From positions 7,103-71,102 of IMG/VR virus record IMGVR_UViG_3300020048_000112: 64,000 nt of DNA. One strand, 5' to 3'. The position numbers and the translations under genes were made by a program. Source of the DNA: a virus (lineage: Duplodnaviria; Caudoviricetes). This document shows positions 9,101-19,728 of the stretch, piece by piece (the stretch's first letter is position 1; every line of letters starts with the position of its first letter). The notes under the pieces were generated by a model. The model saw nothing but the letters and a program-made list of their open reading frames with translations. It had not been told where the DNA came from and did not search any database.

Positions 9101-12100
9101 TAATACCAGCCCAGGTAGATTGGCTAAATATAGCTACTTTACCCTGGCTCAAAGGAATACCCGTAAGAGCTTTAATCATGTGCTCATTGGTTAAACCAAA
9201 GGCCATAAATTCATCTAAGCGATTAGAGTACTTCTTAGTATTTGTAAGTCCTGTAGCAGAATCTGTGCTTGATACTTCTCGTACAGGTGCATTGACAAAG
9301 ACATAATCAAAACGAGCTTTAGCATCAGCTATCTCTACAGGATCAGTAGACTTAGGATCACTCATAAAATGAGTGTGATTGAGCTTCTCCTTAGCTAACC
9401 GGTACAGAGCATCTACCTGTCTCTGGATATATGGGTTCATTTCAAACCCATAATGAATAACCGGGTGTAGCATCTCATGTGCATACACTTCACCAGTAGA
9501 CATCTTAATGCCTTGAGCCAAGACACCAGACACTCTACTTGAAACGAACACTGTGTCTCTACTCTTACCCGGGTAGACTTTACCCATGGTATCTGTATTA
9601 GCTTGAGTAGCCAGGTATAGATCAGCAGGGTTCATTACCTTACTTACTATGTCAAAGAGAATCCTTTGTAGGTGACTGTCATGAGCAGAGCTTACCTTAG
9701 CATCACCTTGATTCTTAATCAGGTTGTAAATATCAACAATATTGAGGTTATTAACCTCTTGTACAGGATCGTAGTCAGCAGGATTATCTGACATGCCGGC
9801 AGCTGCAGGAGAGCTTTTATGGGCCATACCGGCTGCAGTGGTAGGAGGTTTATTTTGTTCTTTGGCTCGGGCAAGATAATCTTTTATGTAGCCTTCAATG
9901 TGTTTATCATATTCTGCTTTACCCGCTACGATATCCGCAGCAGCTTGATCAGCTTGTGCTGCCATAGTTACATCAGCAATATTAATAAGGTTCTGTAGAC
10001 TAGCATCAGAAGTAAGATCATTACCTGTCTTATAACCAGGGCCACTCCAGTTGTATTGGTTAACCAACTGCACAGCATCAAGGATGATCTTCTTATTAGT
10101 CTTTGCTATGGTAGCATTAAACTTCATATCTTTAAGAACTTGGTCTATAGCAGTAAATGCTTTTCCTTCATAAGCAGTGATAATTTTAGTAACATTATCT
10201 TTATCTGTGATCTTAACCTCAGTAATACCCATGCGTTTGAATTCAGCTTCAATAGCCTGTTTCCATAATTCTTGAGTAACAGGATCCATCTCGTTATACA
10301 TATTTCTGAATGAAGAGTATGAGAAGTGTACTGACCGATACATTTCATCAAGGAGGTTATACTGAGCTACCTCATAGAAATGTTTATTTATAGTCTCATT
10401 CATTGCCTCAATGCTTGTGATCGGTCCAAAGAATCCATCATGAACATGAAGGATAGGGATATCTTCACCTTGCATACGATTGGATATTGAGCCATCTTGC
10501 ATCTGAGTACCAATGACTATGGTAGATACTCCAGGATTCTTTTTAAGCCACTGTTCGCGTAGATAACTTGTTTTGGTAGCTACGTTGTTTCCGCCCTTTT
10601 TACCATAGGATTGAGTTACAAAATTTTTACCATATATCCTTGAGTTATCATCAGCAGTAACATCCAATCGCCCACCTTTAAACGGTGTTTTGATTGAAGG
10701 AAACATATCCTTTAATGCTTCTGTTATTTTTGCATACTCTTCTATGGATAGATCAGCATACGTAGTAATATCGGTTTTTACACCAGTCTTCTTATTTGTT
10801 TCGTAAGTTTCATTGTAAACAGGAAGATTAAGCTCTTTCTTTCTAGCTTCAACTAACTGACTAAAGGCTACGTTATAGAGTGCTGTTACAATAGAGAAGC
10901 CCATATTAGCCGATTTACGCATATCCTTGATGTCACCATAGATAGCATCAATTGCTTCTGTAAGAGCTGCTCCGTGGCCTTCAGCAATGTTTTTAAATAT
11001 TGCTGCTTCAGTCATAGGAGGGATAAGTATGTTCAGCACTTTCTCCGGAATGAGCTTACCATCTGAACCAAGAAGATCAGCCCCTACAAAGAGCTTATGC
11101 TTATTGGGTGTATCGATCGGGAGATCGGCTAAAATATTTACATCAGCAACAAGATCAATAAGAGCTTGTCGGTCATTTGTTGCAGCTATGTCTTTTATCT
11201 TCTTATAGATATCCTTAATGAGATTGACTGTAAGACCCTTTACAATAGCACTATCACCTGATCCGTAGACAGTCTGCATCGTAGGATCTTTTGTAAGTTT
11301 ACGCATGAAACTGCTTACATAGCCGTCTTCGGTAGTAAGATTTCCCATGAGTCTTTCAGCAGCAGTAAACCTACTTAATTCTCTTTTAGTGTCACCATCT
11401 TTAGACTTGGGTAAGTAGTCAATAAGACCATTCTTATAAGTTCTTAATGCTGTATTCCAATGCATACCTACAGCCTGGTATGTATCCATTTGGCTATTAC
11501 TTTTAAGGTGTGTACCTACTTCATCAGCATTAGGATCAAGAGCAATACCCGCATTACGTAGAGTAGAAATAACACGAGCATTAATAGTCTTGATCATCTG
11601 TATTTGAGCAAGAGTAGGGCCATTAGCAATACCGTCCATCTCTGCAACAAGATCAGTAGTGAAAGATGTAGATTTACCGTCTGCAGCTTCTAAGGCATTC
11701 TCGTATCGAGCATACTCCACAAGACCTTTATATGTAGCTGCATTCTCTTTACCTGCTTTGACAGCTGCAATGACTGTAGCCTCGAATTCAGGGGTATAGA
11801 CACCATCCTTCTGAAATTGCCGTAGGACATCGATACCTGCGCGTATAGCGGGTGTTTTAAGCTTGGCTCGTACTTCAGCTATTACCTCTTTCGGAGTACC
11901 TATCTTGGCAACTTCTAAGCCAAAGGATAAACCTAAAGTAAGAAAGAAATTCTTCTCATGCTTGCCTTCTTTAGTACCGATCTTGAATGTTGATTCCCAT
12001 CCCTTCATGGCAAAGAGATAGCGGAGAAGCTTGCTTCCTTGAGGATTCAGCCGGCCTGCCTGATGTGTTCTAAGATTCTTTGCTATGAAAGCATTAATGT

Positions 12101-15100
12101 AGAATGGCGCTTTACGCTTTAAGGGTTGTGTATCTGCATCATTAGACCATTCTTCAATAGCTTCCAGCTCACGCTCAATACTACGATTAGAATCAGCAAC
12201 ATTGTCTCTCTCAGATATATGTTCAACAGAAGGATCTCCAGCACCGGCAATAGCCATCTGACCTTCTTTGGAGAACACACCAAAGATATCCATCGAGTGA
12301 GTAGCACCATGCCAGGGCTTGTTTATACCGGCTATAAGGTTAGCCGTCTGTTCTGCAGTAGCATGATTGGTTGTCTTCTTGATCTTAGCAAGAAAGTCTT
12401 TGGTTATTTTTACTGGCTCCCAACTATAGTCTCTTTCAGACACTTGACCGGAGAACATTCTCTCCCAGGTATGTTTAGATCTACTGAATAATTTCTTAAA
12501 CTCTACAACCTTATCAACTGCTTGAGGTTCACCCGTCTTTTTATTAGGTATAGGATTAGAGGCTACCTTATAGAAATTGATTACAGGTTTACCTTTATGA
12601 CCATACTTATCATTTACAAAGAATACCCCCGGCTCACTTAAGTCATGTTTAGGTATATTCGTAAACTTGTTTAGAGTATTTGCTTTAAGAGCAGCAATAC
12701 CAAATAATTTTGATCTATTATCAACTGAAACTTCAATATCTCCTGGATTAACATTCTCATTTACAGTAAGCCCTGTATAGATAGAAGTGACCTCTACCAG
12801 TTTCATTTGCTGTAAGTTAGACACAATCATTTGTCCTAAAGATAACTGCATCATCTGCTCAAAATTAGCAGGAGCATTCTTTTTAGGAGCAATATTGAGT
12901 AGCCTGTATGCCTCTTTACCTATATCCTCTACAATAAAATTCTGAGGAGAACCCACATCTTTAAGTAGCTGAATAGCATCAGGTGCAAGATCAATTTCTT
13001 TCTTGAAACCAAGCATTCTACCTATAGATTCACGGTCATTAACGAGTGTCTCTGTGCTACGAGTAGCAAGCCATTTATATGCTACTGCTGAGAGCACACC
13101 AACAGTATTATCAATACTTGTATCGATGTACTGGAAAGGATCTTTGAAACGAAAGGCTTGATTAGCAATAGGCCTGAAGGTTTCTTCTTTAAACGTCTTA
13201 CTAAAATCACTATGGAAATCAGACATTGAACCAAGAAGATTAACCACATTCCCATCAAGCTTATACTTACCGTTGAACACTCGGGATAACTCACCAAGGC
13301 TATTAGCCTTTACAACTGCTTTAAGCGTGCTAAACAGATTAGGTACTATCTGGAGCAGGTTAAGTTTAAAGGTACTCTTAGCCGCAAATAGGGCTTTAAG
13401 TAGATTGATTGTGCTATACGACTTGGGATCTATATTCTTTGGATCAACACCTTCCTCCGGAGTAAGCATCTGCTGTGCGGTAGTAACCGTCTTAGGATCA
13501 GCTATGAGAGTCTCCAGCGGAGTAGGAAGAATAGGGTTCTCTGCTATCGTATCGAAGATAGATGTATCTTCTATATCCTCAGTAGAGAGTTCCTCATTAA
13601 GATTATCTATAGGGGGTTCTTCTCGTGTTTCATCATGCTCAAGTTGATTGGGTGTTCCATTAAAGTCTTCCTGAAAATCTTCACCTGTAAAATCACTGTC
13701 ACTGTGCTCAGGTATATTGGGATCTATATCATCTGTCCGTTCAAAGGATTGAGTATTATCCTCTACAGGAGTTATACCTTTTGCTATATCGATGGCTATA
13801 CTAAGAGACTCTGTTAATAGGGATATGTCCTTAGCATCAATACGTTTAAGTAAAGCATTGAATATCTCTCTGATAGCCTCAACAATCGACTGCTTTCCAA
13901 ATGGTTTAAGTTTATCCAGTTCAACCTGTAGTGCAGGACTGCTTATTACTTCAGCTAAAAATTCCTTTTCGTTAGTAAAACCGTACGTCTCACCTAAAGC
14001 AGGATTCTGCTTTAGAGCGTGTTCCATTACAGCTTTAGTTTTACTAAGTAATACAGGATATTTACTAAGGTTTCCTAAAGTAATAGCGTGAACATACTCA
14101 TGTAAAACTACTTTCAATGGATATATATTTTCCCTGGTATAGCCCGTAGCTAAAGATATGGTATTAGAGGCACTATTTGTTATACCTAGTGGCTTCTCTA
14201 CAACACCTGTTTTAGGTAAATTTTCAGTAAAATTAATAGTTAAGGGTTTAAATAATATACCTGCTTTAACCAGATCATTGAATATATCCTCAAACCATTT
14301 ACTATGATCTACAGTACCAACCGGTTTACCGAAGCGTTCAAACATCAACTCCTGGTACTCTTTTGATAAGGCAATCAATTCACTAAGGCTATTAACCTTT
14401 ACTGAGGTATTACCATTAGAATCGGTAATAGCATTAGTGTCTTTACTTACCCACTTTAACAGCCCTTGCCGCCCTTGCCTTTGCCCTTCTTGGTCTTTTT
14501 CATTAGGATTCTCCTGTTGGGGTTGTTGTTTTTCTTTTGGTTCAACTACTTTGTCACTCACCGTTTCTTCTTTTTGAGTCACAACCGGTTTTGTATCTAT
14601 TTTACGAGACTCTACTTTAGGTATAACAGGTGCAGGTTTCTGCTCCATGGTACCAACAGGTTTTTCTATCGTAGTGGATTCATTTGGTTTATTTTCAGTT
14701 TTAGGGGGTGGTACCGGTTTACTCTCAGGAGCATTAAGAATCTTCTCATGAATCCTGGCTGCATGATTGTAATTCACATTAAGGAGATTACTGATCTCAA
14801 TACGTATAGCTTGAATAGCTTCAGGGGTAGCCTTATTGTTTTGAACCAAGGATAAAACACCCTTAGCTTTATCTCCTGTAGGATCATCGATCGATTCATC
14901 TTTGAATACAGACTGTACAGCCCCGGGAGAGACAGCTTTAGTTACAGGCGTAGTCTTGGGTGGAGCTACAGGAGCATTCACTGTAGAGGCCTTAGCAGGC
15001 TTCTTACCATGCATTGCAAAGAGGGCATTCATAGCACCGGAGGATTTGGCTAGAAGCTCTGCTTCTGCTTCCATAGTATCGAGTGCTCGTAGCCACTTAG

Positions 15101-17216
15101 GAGCTGTTGGGTTAGTAACAGCATAAGGTCTACCCTTCTTGAATTCACTGGCATTAAGCATATCCAGATTAGCTTGATCTTCTGGAGATACCTGAGTACC
15201 TGCTGCCTTAGCATCAGTGATATTGCGGAGTGTCTGAGCCTTTGTAGCTTGTCTGCCGGCGAAGTTATTAAGACTATCAAGTTCTGCTTGAGCTGTCTTC
15301 TCATCACCTTTATTTAATGCTGTAGAAATAGCCTGATGGTAATAGTTGATACCTTTGAATCCTGGCACACCCTGAGTAATATCATTATGCACTACATCTG
15401 TATCTTTACCTGATACTGTTTCAAGACGATCTTTAATCGATTGAAACTCCTGTACCTGTTTTACAAAGGAGAGTGTCTCAGGGGTAGTATGCGGATTGGA
15501 CTTAATAGCCTCAAGTTGTGAACCAAAAGCAACAACATCAGATCCCCCATTATGAGAGAGGATGTTCTTTACAGCGGCAGTGATAGCTTCCGGATCTGTA
15601 CCCTGTGACACCTCATCGAGCTTATCTATGAGTTCTTCAGGAGTAAGCTTGGTTTGGTGCATGGAAGCTATGGTAGCGTCCATCTCAGTAAGAGTGGCCT
15701 TAGCATTTTCTAGGGTCTTGTGGATTGTTTTAAGCTGTGCCGCCTCATCTTCAGTGAGTGGGCCTATCTTCTGCTTCTCTTGAAGCTCTGCCCCTAATTG
15801 ACCCTTAGTAGCCACATCATCGGAGTAATCGCTGTATATAGACAGAGCTTCTTGAAGCTTGGTCTTATCAGTGTCACCGGTAGCAACAGCCATTTCCTTG
15901 AGTGCATTTACAGCTACAGAAGGGTTATATGCCTCATTTTTCGGATCAGAATACTTAGAGACATCTCCGGCCTCAACAGCCTCCTTTACCTTGGTATCAA
16001 ACTCAGGAGCAGCAGTGCCTTGTGCAACTGTCTCCGCAGCTTTTTGTTCTTCAGACTTAGGAGTAATTACATCAGCAATTACATCTTTAGCTTTAGATAG
16101 GGCTGATTTGATCTCAGGTGACTTAGTACCGTATGCATAGATATCTGCAGGTGCAGTGACAGCAGACATACTGATAGCCCCTAGAGCTTCGCCTGCAAGC
16201 TCACCAAGGTCAAGCTTATTATCAGCAGCAAGTTGACCGGCACCTTCACTCACAACCTCAGAACCTATTTCTGCAGTAAAAGCAGTTGCTTTATTAGCAA
16301 GTACAGTTGATATTGGAACATCTTTTAAATTTTTAAGTATTTCTGCATTTAGTAATTCAGTAGGGGCATCTGGCCCAAGCTTCATGGTAGCTTTTTTAAT
16401 AGCTGAAGCTCGATGTAGAGTTGCAATTTTACCCACACCTACACCCATGAGAGCATCTGTGCCGGCAGTACCTGCAGCCTTTAGATTAGCCCTGGATATA
16501 GCTTCATCTTTGAATTCAGGTTCAGCGAGTAGAGTAGCAATATTTGCTTCTGTAACAGGAACCCCTCTATTAGTGAGTTCTTCTATAACGATCTCACTAA
16601 GCTTTGCACCTGCTTCTGCAGCAAAGCCGCCACTGAATGCGCCCACTACACCACCTATAGGACCAGCCGGTGTTGCAGTTCCTGCAACAGCCCCTACGAT
16701 AGAAGGTATAGAGAAGCCTGCAGATTGAGCACCAAGCATAGCTACACCCTTAGGGTTAGTAACTACTTCCTTGGCAGAATCCCATAAAGCAGAGCCAACA
16801 GAACTGGCTATCTCAGTGGGTGTATACGCTTTATTATATTCTTCACTTAGGCGGGCTAGTACTTTTTGAGTATCTGATAGCTCAGGTGGAGTAAATTGAG
16901 AACTTGCTCTTTCATGCCCTCTTGCGATTATACCTGGGGTATTTTCATCGATATTACCCGTAATAGTGTCATCGGCTAAACGTACCGAATCTACAGTAGC
17001 ATTGACACTTTCCTTGGCAAGCTGACCTATGTTATTGAGTAAACTTCGATTAGGGCCATTAAACTGATTAATTACAGCTTCGCCACCAGGGACTGAAGTT
17101 TTAAACACATCCTGGGTTCTCTGCTGATCTTCAGCAGACATAGCCTTATAGTGGTCATCATTAGTGATCGCTTGCCATGCTTTATTACTTTTAGCTATAT
17201 CTTCAGGAGTAGGCAT
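6129..17216 (-). CDS. Virion-encapsidated RNA polymerase (N4 gp50-like vRNAP), 3695 aa
   Basis: Size and position. Single-subunit RNAP motifs EMDGIANGP (A), RKLTKDPTMQTVYGSG (B), LHVHDGFF (C); zincin-like HEYVH and HEMLH motifs; nearly cysteine-free. Confidence 0.95.
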   Translation of the reverse strand: MPTPEDIAKSNKAWQAITNDDHYKAMSAEDQQRTQDVFKTSVPGGEAVINQFNGPNRSLLNNIGQLAKESVNATVDSVRLADDTITGNIDENTPGIIARGHERASSQFTPPELSDTQKVLARLSEEYNKAYTPTEIASSVGSALWDSAKEVVTNPKGVAMLGAQSAGFSIPSIVGAVAGTATPAGPIGGVVGAFSGGFAAEAGAKLSEIVIEELTNRGVPVTEANIATLLAEPEFKDEAISRANLKAAGTAGTDALMGVGVGKIATLHRASAIKKATMKLGPDAPTELLNAEILKNLKDVPISTVLANKATAFTAEIGSEVVSEGAGQLAADNKLDLGELAGEALGAISMSAVTAPADIYAYGTKSPEIKSALSKAKDVIADVITPKSEEQKAAETVAQGTAAPEFDTKVKEAVEAGDVSKYSDPKNEAYNPSVAVNALKEMAVATGDTDKTKLQEALSIYSDYSDDVATKGQLGAELQEKQKIGPLTEDEAAQLKTIHKTLENAKATLTEMDATIASMHQTKLTPEELIDKLDEVSQGTDPEAITAAVKNILSHNGGSDVVAFGSQLEAIKSNPHTTPETLSFVKQVQEFQSIKDRLETVSGKDTDVVHNDITQGVPGFKGINYYHQAISTALNKGDEKTAQAELDSLNNFAGRQATKAQTLRNITDAKAAGTQVSPEDQANLDMLNASEFKKGRPYAVTNPTAPKWLRALDTMEAEAELLAKSSGAMNALFAMHGKKPAKASTVNAPVAPPKTTPVTKAVSPGAVQSVFKDESIDDPTGDKAKGVLSLVQNNKATPEAIQAIRIEISNLLNVNYNHAARIHEKILNAPESKPVPPPKTENKPNESTTIEKPVGTMEQKPAPVIPKVESRKIDTKPVVTQKEETVSDKVVEPKEKQQPQQENPNEKDQEGQRQGRQGLLKWVSKDTNAITDSNGNTSVKVNSLSELIALSKEYQELMFERFGKPVGTVDHSKWFEDIFNDLVKAGILFKPLTINFTENLPKTGVVEKPLGITNSASNTISLATGYTRENIYPLKVVLHEYVHAITLGNLSKYPVLLSKTKAVMEHALKQNPALGETYGFTNEKEFLAEVISSPALQVELDKLKPFGKQSIVEAIREIFNALLKRIDAKDISLLTESLSIAIDIAKGITPVEDNTQSFERTDDIDPNIPEHSDSDFTGEDFQEDFNGTPNQLEHDETREEPPIDNLNEELSTEDIEDTSIFDTIAENPILPTPLETLIADPKTVTTAQQMLTPEEGVDPKNIDPKSYSTINLLKALFAAKSTFKLNLLQIVPNLFSTLKAVVKANSLGELSRVFNGKYKLDGNVVNLLGSMSDFHSDFSKTFKEETFRPIANQAFRFKDPFQYIDTSIDNTVGVLSAVAYKWLATRSTETLVNDRESIGRMLGFKKEIDLAPDAIQLLKDVGSPQNFIVEDIGKEAYRLLNIAPKKNAPANFEQMMQLSLGQMIVSNLQQMKLVEVTSIYTGLTVNENVNPGDIEVSVDNRSKLFGIAALKANTLNKFTNIPKHDLSEPGVFFVNDKYGHKGKPVINFYKVASNPIPNKKTGEPQAVDKVVEFKKLFSRSKHTWERMFSGQVSERDYSWEPVKITKDFLAKIKKTTNHATAEQTANLIAGINKPWHGATHSMDIFGVFSKEGQMAIAGAGDPSVEHISERDNVADSNRSIERELEAIEEWSNDADTQPLKRKAPFYINAFIAKNLRTHQAGRLNPQGSKLLRYLFAMKGWESTFKIGTKEGKHEKNFFLTLGLSFGLEVAKIGTPKEVIAEVRAKLKTPAIRAGIDVLRQFQKDGVYTPEFEATVIAAVKAGKENAATYKGLVEYARYENALEAADGKSTSFTTDLVAEMDGIANGPTLAQIQMIKTINARVISTLRNAGIALDPNADEVGTHLKSNSQMDTYQAVGMHWNTALRTYKNGLIDYLPKSKDGDTKRELSRFTAAERLMGNLTTEDGYVSSFMRKLTKDPTMQTVYGSGDSAIVKGLTVNLIKDIYKKIKDIAATNDRQALIDLVADVNILADLPIDTPNKHKLFVGADLLGSDGKLIPEKVLNILIPPMTEAAIFKNIAEGHGAALTEAIDAIYGDIKDMRKSANMGFSIVTALYNVAFSQLVEARKKELNLPVYNETYETNKKTGVKTDITTYADLSIEEYAKITEALKDMFPSIKTPFKGGRLDVTADDNSRIYGKNFVTQSYGKKGGNNVATKTSYLREQWLKKNPGVSTIVIGTQMQDGSISNRMQGEDIPILHVHDGFFGPITSIEAMNETINKHFYEVAQYNLLDEMYRSVHFSYSSFRNMYNEMDPVTQELWKQAIEAEFKRMGITEVKITDKDNVTKIITAYEGKAFTAIDQVLKDMKFNATIAKTNKKIILDAVQLVNQYNWSGPGYKTGNDLTSDASLQNLINIADVTMAAQADQAAADIVAGKAEYDKHIEGYIKDYLARAKEQNKPPTTAAGMAHKSSPAAAGMSDNPADYDPVQEVNNLNIVDIYNLIKNQGDAKVSSAHDSHLQRILFDIVSKVMNPADLYLATQANTDTMGKVYPGKSRDTVFVSSRVSGVLAQGIKMSTGEVYAHEMLHPVIHYGFEMNPYIQRQVDALYRLAKEKLNHTHFMSDPKSTDPVEIADAKARFDYVFVNAPVREVSSTDSATGLTNTKKYSNRLDEFMAFGLTNEHMIKALTGIPLSQGKVAIFSQSTWAGIKKDSIQATLVNIFNKIMSIINNNFRSIKREANVAAQLEALARELKAVESKHKGIIATSFDLFDAGRSKLAKYVDSKIAAFFKAYPQKNLVKNLRTLRTTMTQANNPVGQMLRDMRRLIDGQRYGLVQQLVSEIRGKTDRLESIHMLMETKKILVDKPREAEVDHTIKTLKALWSRELTDKESEAITKSLLKADLGTLYNHFSIDEIASMLESESNLKAAIDEIERQIWAKPEFFKQRHYYQKQARSLGHTMVTGRSLEEVTLPNTRVIASLHNTYMQGTLKDADIDHAEMLIDWLASMYALTFVRSSHRATLHKLIKEDPNAVAGVMSFSNRIKTEAKDILFANDPLQTRKGYIKEIFNSRVNVEYGSLSDEAAFAERGYARSKVAIPRDPDDPEKADVYIYTAKTGAVNSLLSGLLSFTGNRAKGTNSRHIQEQLGVSGTRGAQYNNRLIAAKQMALNDQFKHKMAPFDRNAPTKNYMIPKVNDQGQIVEYRYEMSEAMKEDILEQHKDYADILGAMAGQIVDKVGTKEINTRGISALKDVYDAEYKERFPLYVEISPYSKNPELRSMYHKLPASAKQDIKRIWGDNKMFVAKDIVNLAFGSTKYSITEAFGKTPAERNVLETLIVNTAQALFKDKKIQRMKDIEDAIQDTTKITKNNVIVRTLTVTAGNSLSNTNYCKAMGVPTTFMAKQNQDSIMGMLHYEADATALGRAKVQLKILKGMKPTAALNQQTLDSRIQVLETKVNELDDALARNPVTPLVDAGVLQSIVDEIETSNVQSPYPGQLDTAVSKLTSKLNKTVLKSGKVIFLAEDTAGYKMLNNAVKATDFVSRYTMYKWYTDPSRGKERFKYDEAIAAGHKTEKAIADFIHKKAVAQVIHEFVNFNLPTHKMIEYGNAMGFIWYSKYFLRILKPIANAIKEHPFEAITAFLMAGAFGLPSIWNSVPFLSKNPLNLIENPFSAFIDSMDESIIVQLLEDPAQPFIEAAMAAK

Positions 17217-19120
17217 TATTTAACACCACTTAATCGTAAAATTTCTTTATAATACTGTTCTTCAGTTAAAACCCCATTCTTTAAACGTTGCTTTGCCAGA
17301 TCTTTAGCTTGTTGAATTTTAAGTTTACTCATACCCGAAATAATAGCTTTTTCTGCAGGTTTACCCACATATTTGGAATAAACACCAGCGACATCTTTAG
17401 CAGTATCTACATTCTTTTCTAAGCCTGCTGTGAGTTCTGCTGCTATGGCAGAAGGTGCTTTTTGAATACCTTCTTTTACATCTGATATTCCTGCACTAGA
17501 CCATAAACCTGTTTTAGTATCTCTTACTGCATTACCAGATTTTGCTTCTACTATTTGATCTATGATTTTACGTGTAAGCCTAGGATCGGTAGGACTATCT
17601 TCTGTAGTAGCAAATACAGGTTTACCTTCCGCGATACGTTGCTGTGCATGAGCTACGGCTTTAGCTTCAATCTCAGGAGTAGGCATGTTATTTTTTAATA
17701 ACCACTGCACCTCATCTTTAGATAGTGTTGGAACCAAAGAAGGAATAAGAGTTTCCTCACCATTAATGTTTACACCTATACTTAACTCAGTAGATTCTTG
17801 ACCATTTACATTAGCTAATTTACCTAGAAACCCTGGACCTTTCTTAGTACCGTCAGGTCTTAGAGTGTCATCAAGAGGGGTTACATCACTAGGTAAAGCT
17901 TCAGTAGTTTTGGTTTTATTTGTAGGTTGTCCTGCTGCATTAACGTAATGATTCACAATACCAGCTACAGGGTCACTACCCTGAGTAGGTTTAAATGGGT
18001 TTGCAACAGTATTTACAGAAGAAGATTCAGTACTACCAAATCTACGCTGAAGGTCATTACGCCTACTTTCTGTAGAAAGATTCTGTGCTGCTTTAAGCCG
18101 TTCAAATTCTATAGTAGCTTTAGCATTTTTTTCTTCTTCAGAATCATTAGGTATAAACCATCCTAGTGTATTCTGATTTTTGTCTTTGTCTAAAGCATCT
18201 ACAGTACTACGAGCTTTTTCAAATAATTTAGCATCAGAAAGATTACCTTCTGTAGCTAGTTTTTCTATGTTACCTACACGTTTTTCTTCAGCAGTTTGTC
18301 TTAAGGTTTCATTACGAAATGCATTCTCTGACTTTCTAGCTGCAGCATTAGCAGCGTGTTCTGCAGCAGAAATAGCAAGTTGCTTTTCTTGTAAATCTAG
18401 TTGCTGTTTTTTAATATCATTATCAAATATCCGGTCTTCTCCCTTCTGTACCCTTTCAGCATACGCATGAAGCTGGTCCATATTAATTAAATTACCATAC
18501 GTATCTGTGGCTCGTTTCATCAAAGCAGGTAGATCAGCCGGCTTAATAGATTCGGGTAATGAATTAAGAAACTCCTGGGTATTAGTATTTGCTTTTTCTG
18601 CCCATGCAGCTTTTTTAGAAGCAAGGTTTTTAACAAGGTAATCATTGGCAAAAGCATCAGCTTCACCACCGGTCATGCCATTAGCAAGAGCATGTTGCCT
18701 TGCAGCTTCTAAAGCAGATCCTACAGATTTAGTAGAGTCTGCCACTGCATTAGCATTAGTTGCTGCAGATGACTTTACTCCTTCAAGTAGTTTTGATTTA
18801 AGTAGTTCACGAGCAGCTGCTACTTTATCAAAATCTGCCTGAACACCTCTGCGCTCCCGTACAGGACCAATATCAAAATTAGCCTCTTGACCCCTGAATG
18901 TACCCAGGTCTTTAGCCTGCTGCATGGCAGCGATCTCTTCCTCAGTACCTATACGGGTTTGGTTATCAAAATTGGCATTATTGACTTTAGCCTGTTCTGC
19001 AAGGATGCGTTGAAGATTAGCACCTGCAGCATTGAAATTCTCACCAGCAGCCTGATTTGCCAGTATGCTGTCACGAAAATTAGGAGCTGCTATGTTATGC
19101 CACGTAATAGGATTTGACAT
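17216..19120 (-). CDS. N4 gp51-like internal virion/ejection protein (634 aa)
   Basis: N-terminus MSNPITWHNIAAPNF typical of gp51-like proteins; immediately upstream of vRNAP. Confidence 0.7.
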   Translation of the reverse strand: MSNPITWHNIAAPNFRDSILANQAAGENFNAAGANLQRILAEQAKVNNANFDNQTRIGTEEEIAAMQQAKDLGTFRGQEANFDIGPVRERRGVQADFDKVAAARELLKSKLLEGVKSSAATNANAVADSTKSVGSALEAARQHALANGMTGGEADAFANDYLVKNLASKKAAWAEKANTNTQEFLNSLPESIKPADLPALMKRATDTYGNLINMDQLHAYAERVQKGEDRIFDNDIKKQQLDLQEKQLAISAAEHAANAAARKSENAFRNETLRQTAEEKRVGNIEKLATEGNLSDAKLFEKARSTVDALDKDKNQNTLGWFIPNDSEEEKNAKATIEFERLKAAQNLSTESRRNDLQRRFGSTESSSVNTVANPFKPTQGSDPVAGIVNHYVNAAGQPTNKTKTTEALPSDVTPLDDTLRPDGTKKGPGFLGKLANVNGQESTELSIGVNINGEETLIPSLVPTLSKDEVQWLLKNNMPTPEIEAKAVAHAQQRIAEGKPVFATTEDSPTDPRLTRKIIDQIVEAKSGNAVRDTKTGLWSSAGISDVKEGIQKAPSAIAAELTAGLEKNVDTAKDVAGVYSKYVGKPAEKAIISGMSKLKIQQAKDLAKQRLKNGVLTEEQYYKEILRLSGVK

Positions 19121-19122
19121 GA

Positions 19123-19710
19123 TCAGACCCCATTCTGCTTCATGTAGGCATCGGTAGTACTTCTACCTGTAGCCGAATCACGAGCAAGCTGACGATCACG
19201 GAGCTGTGCATTGGTAAGAGTTCTTTGGTTCTCAAACTGTTTACTGAAGGAATCTTTCTGGAATTTCAGACTATCCTTAGCAAGTTTCAGGTTCTGTAAA
19301 CCAAGGTAGGCGTTCATACCCGTATTGGCTATACCTAAAGCAGGGCCACCCCAACCAGTAGTCATAGAGCCATCAGCAGATTTTGAACCAGCAAAACTAT
19401 CCCACCAGCTTGCATCTTTACCACCAGCTGTGAGAGTATTACCCATCATGCTCTGATCAATAGCAGGATTCATTCCACTTGTTCCTTGTACGGGAGTACC
19501 TAAATTGTAGCCTGTACCTGTAAAATCTGTAGATGTACCCATGTTACCTAAATCCCACTCACTCATTGGTACTTGCCCATTTGTATTTTGAACTGGGGCA
19601 TTATTAGAAAAATTAGAATTGTTTCCTTGTAAAGCAGCCCATGCTTCTTGTAGCTGTTGCCAAAGTGTTTTCTCTTCTGTGTTTGGGTATGCCATAACAA
19701 ATATCTCCAA
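19123..19710 (-). CDS. N4 gp52-like structural protein
   Basis: C-terminal GIANTGMNAYLGLQNLKLAKDSLKFQKDSFSKQFENQRTLTN; synteny. Confidence 0.75.
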   Translation of the reverse strand: MEIFVMAYPNTEEKTLWQQLQEAWAALQGNNSNFSNNAPVQNTNGQVPMSEWDLGNMGTSTDFTGTGYNLGTPVQGTSGMNPAIDQSMMGNTLTAGGKDASWWDSFAGSKSADGSMTTGWGGPALGIANTGMNAYLGLQNLKLAKDSLKFQKDSFSKQFENQRTLTNAQLRDRQLARDSATGRSTTDAYMKQNGV

Positions 19711-19728
19711 TAAGGATTAACTGATTAA

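Noticed and set aside
6244-16728. Many plus-strand track ORFs inside vRNAP (and similar antisense ORFs in other long genes)
   Set aside because: Shadow ORFs antisense to well-supported genes, without RBS or recognisable motifs.
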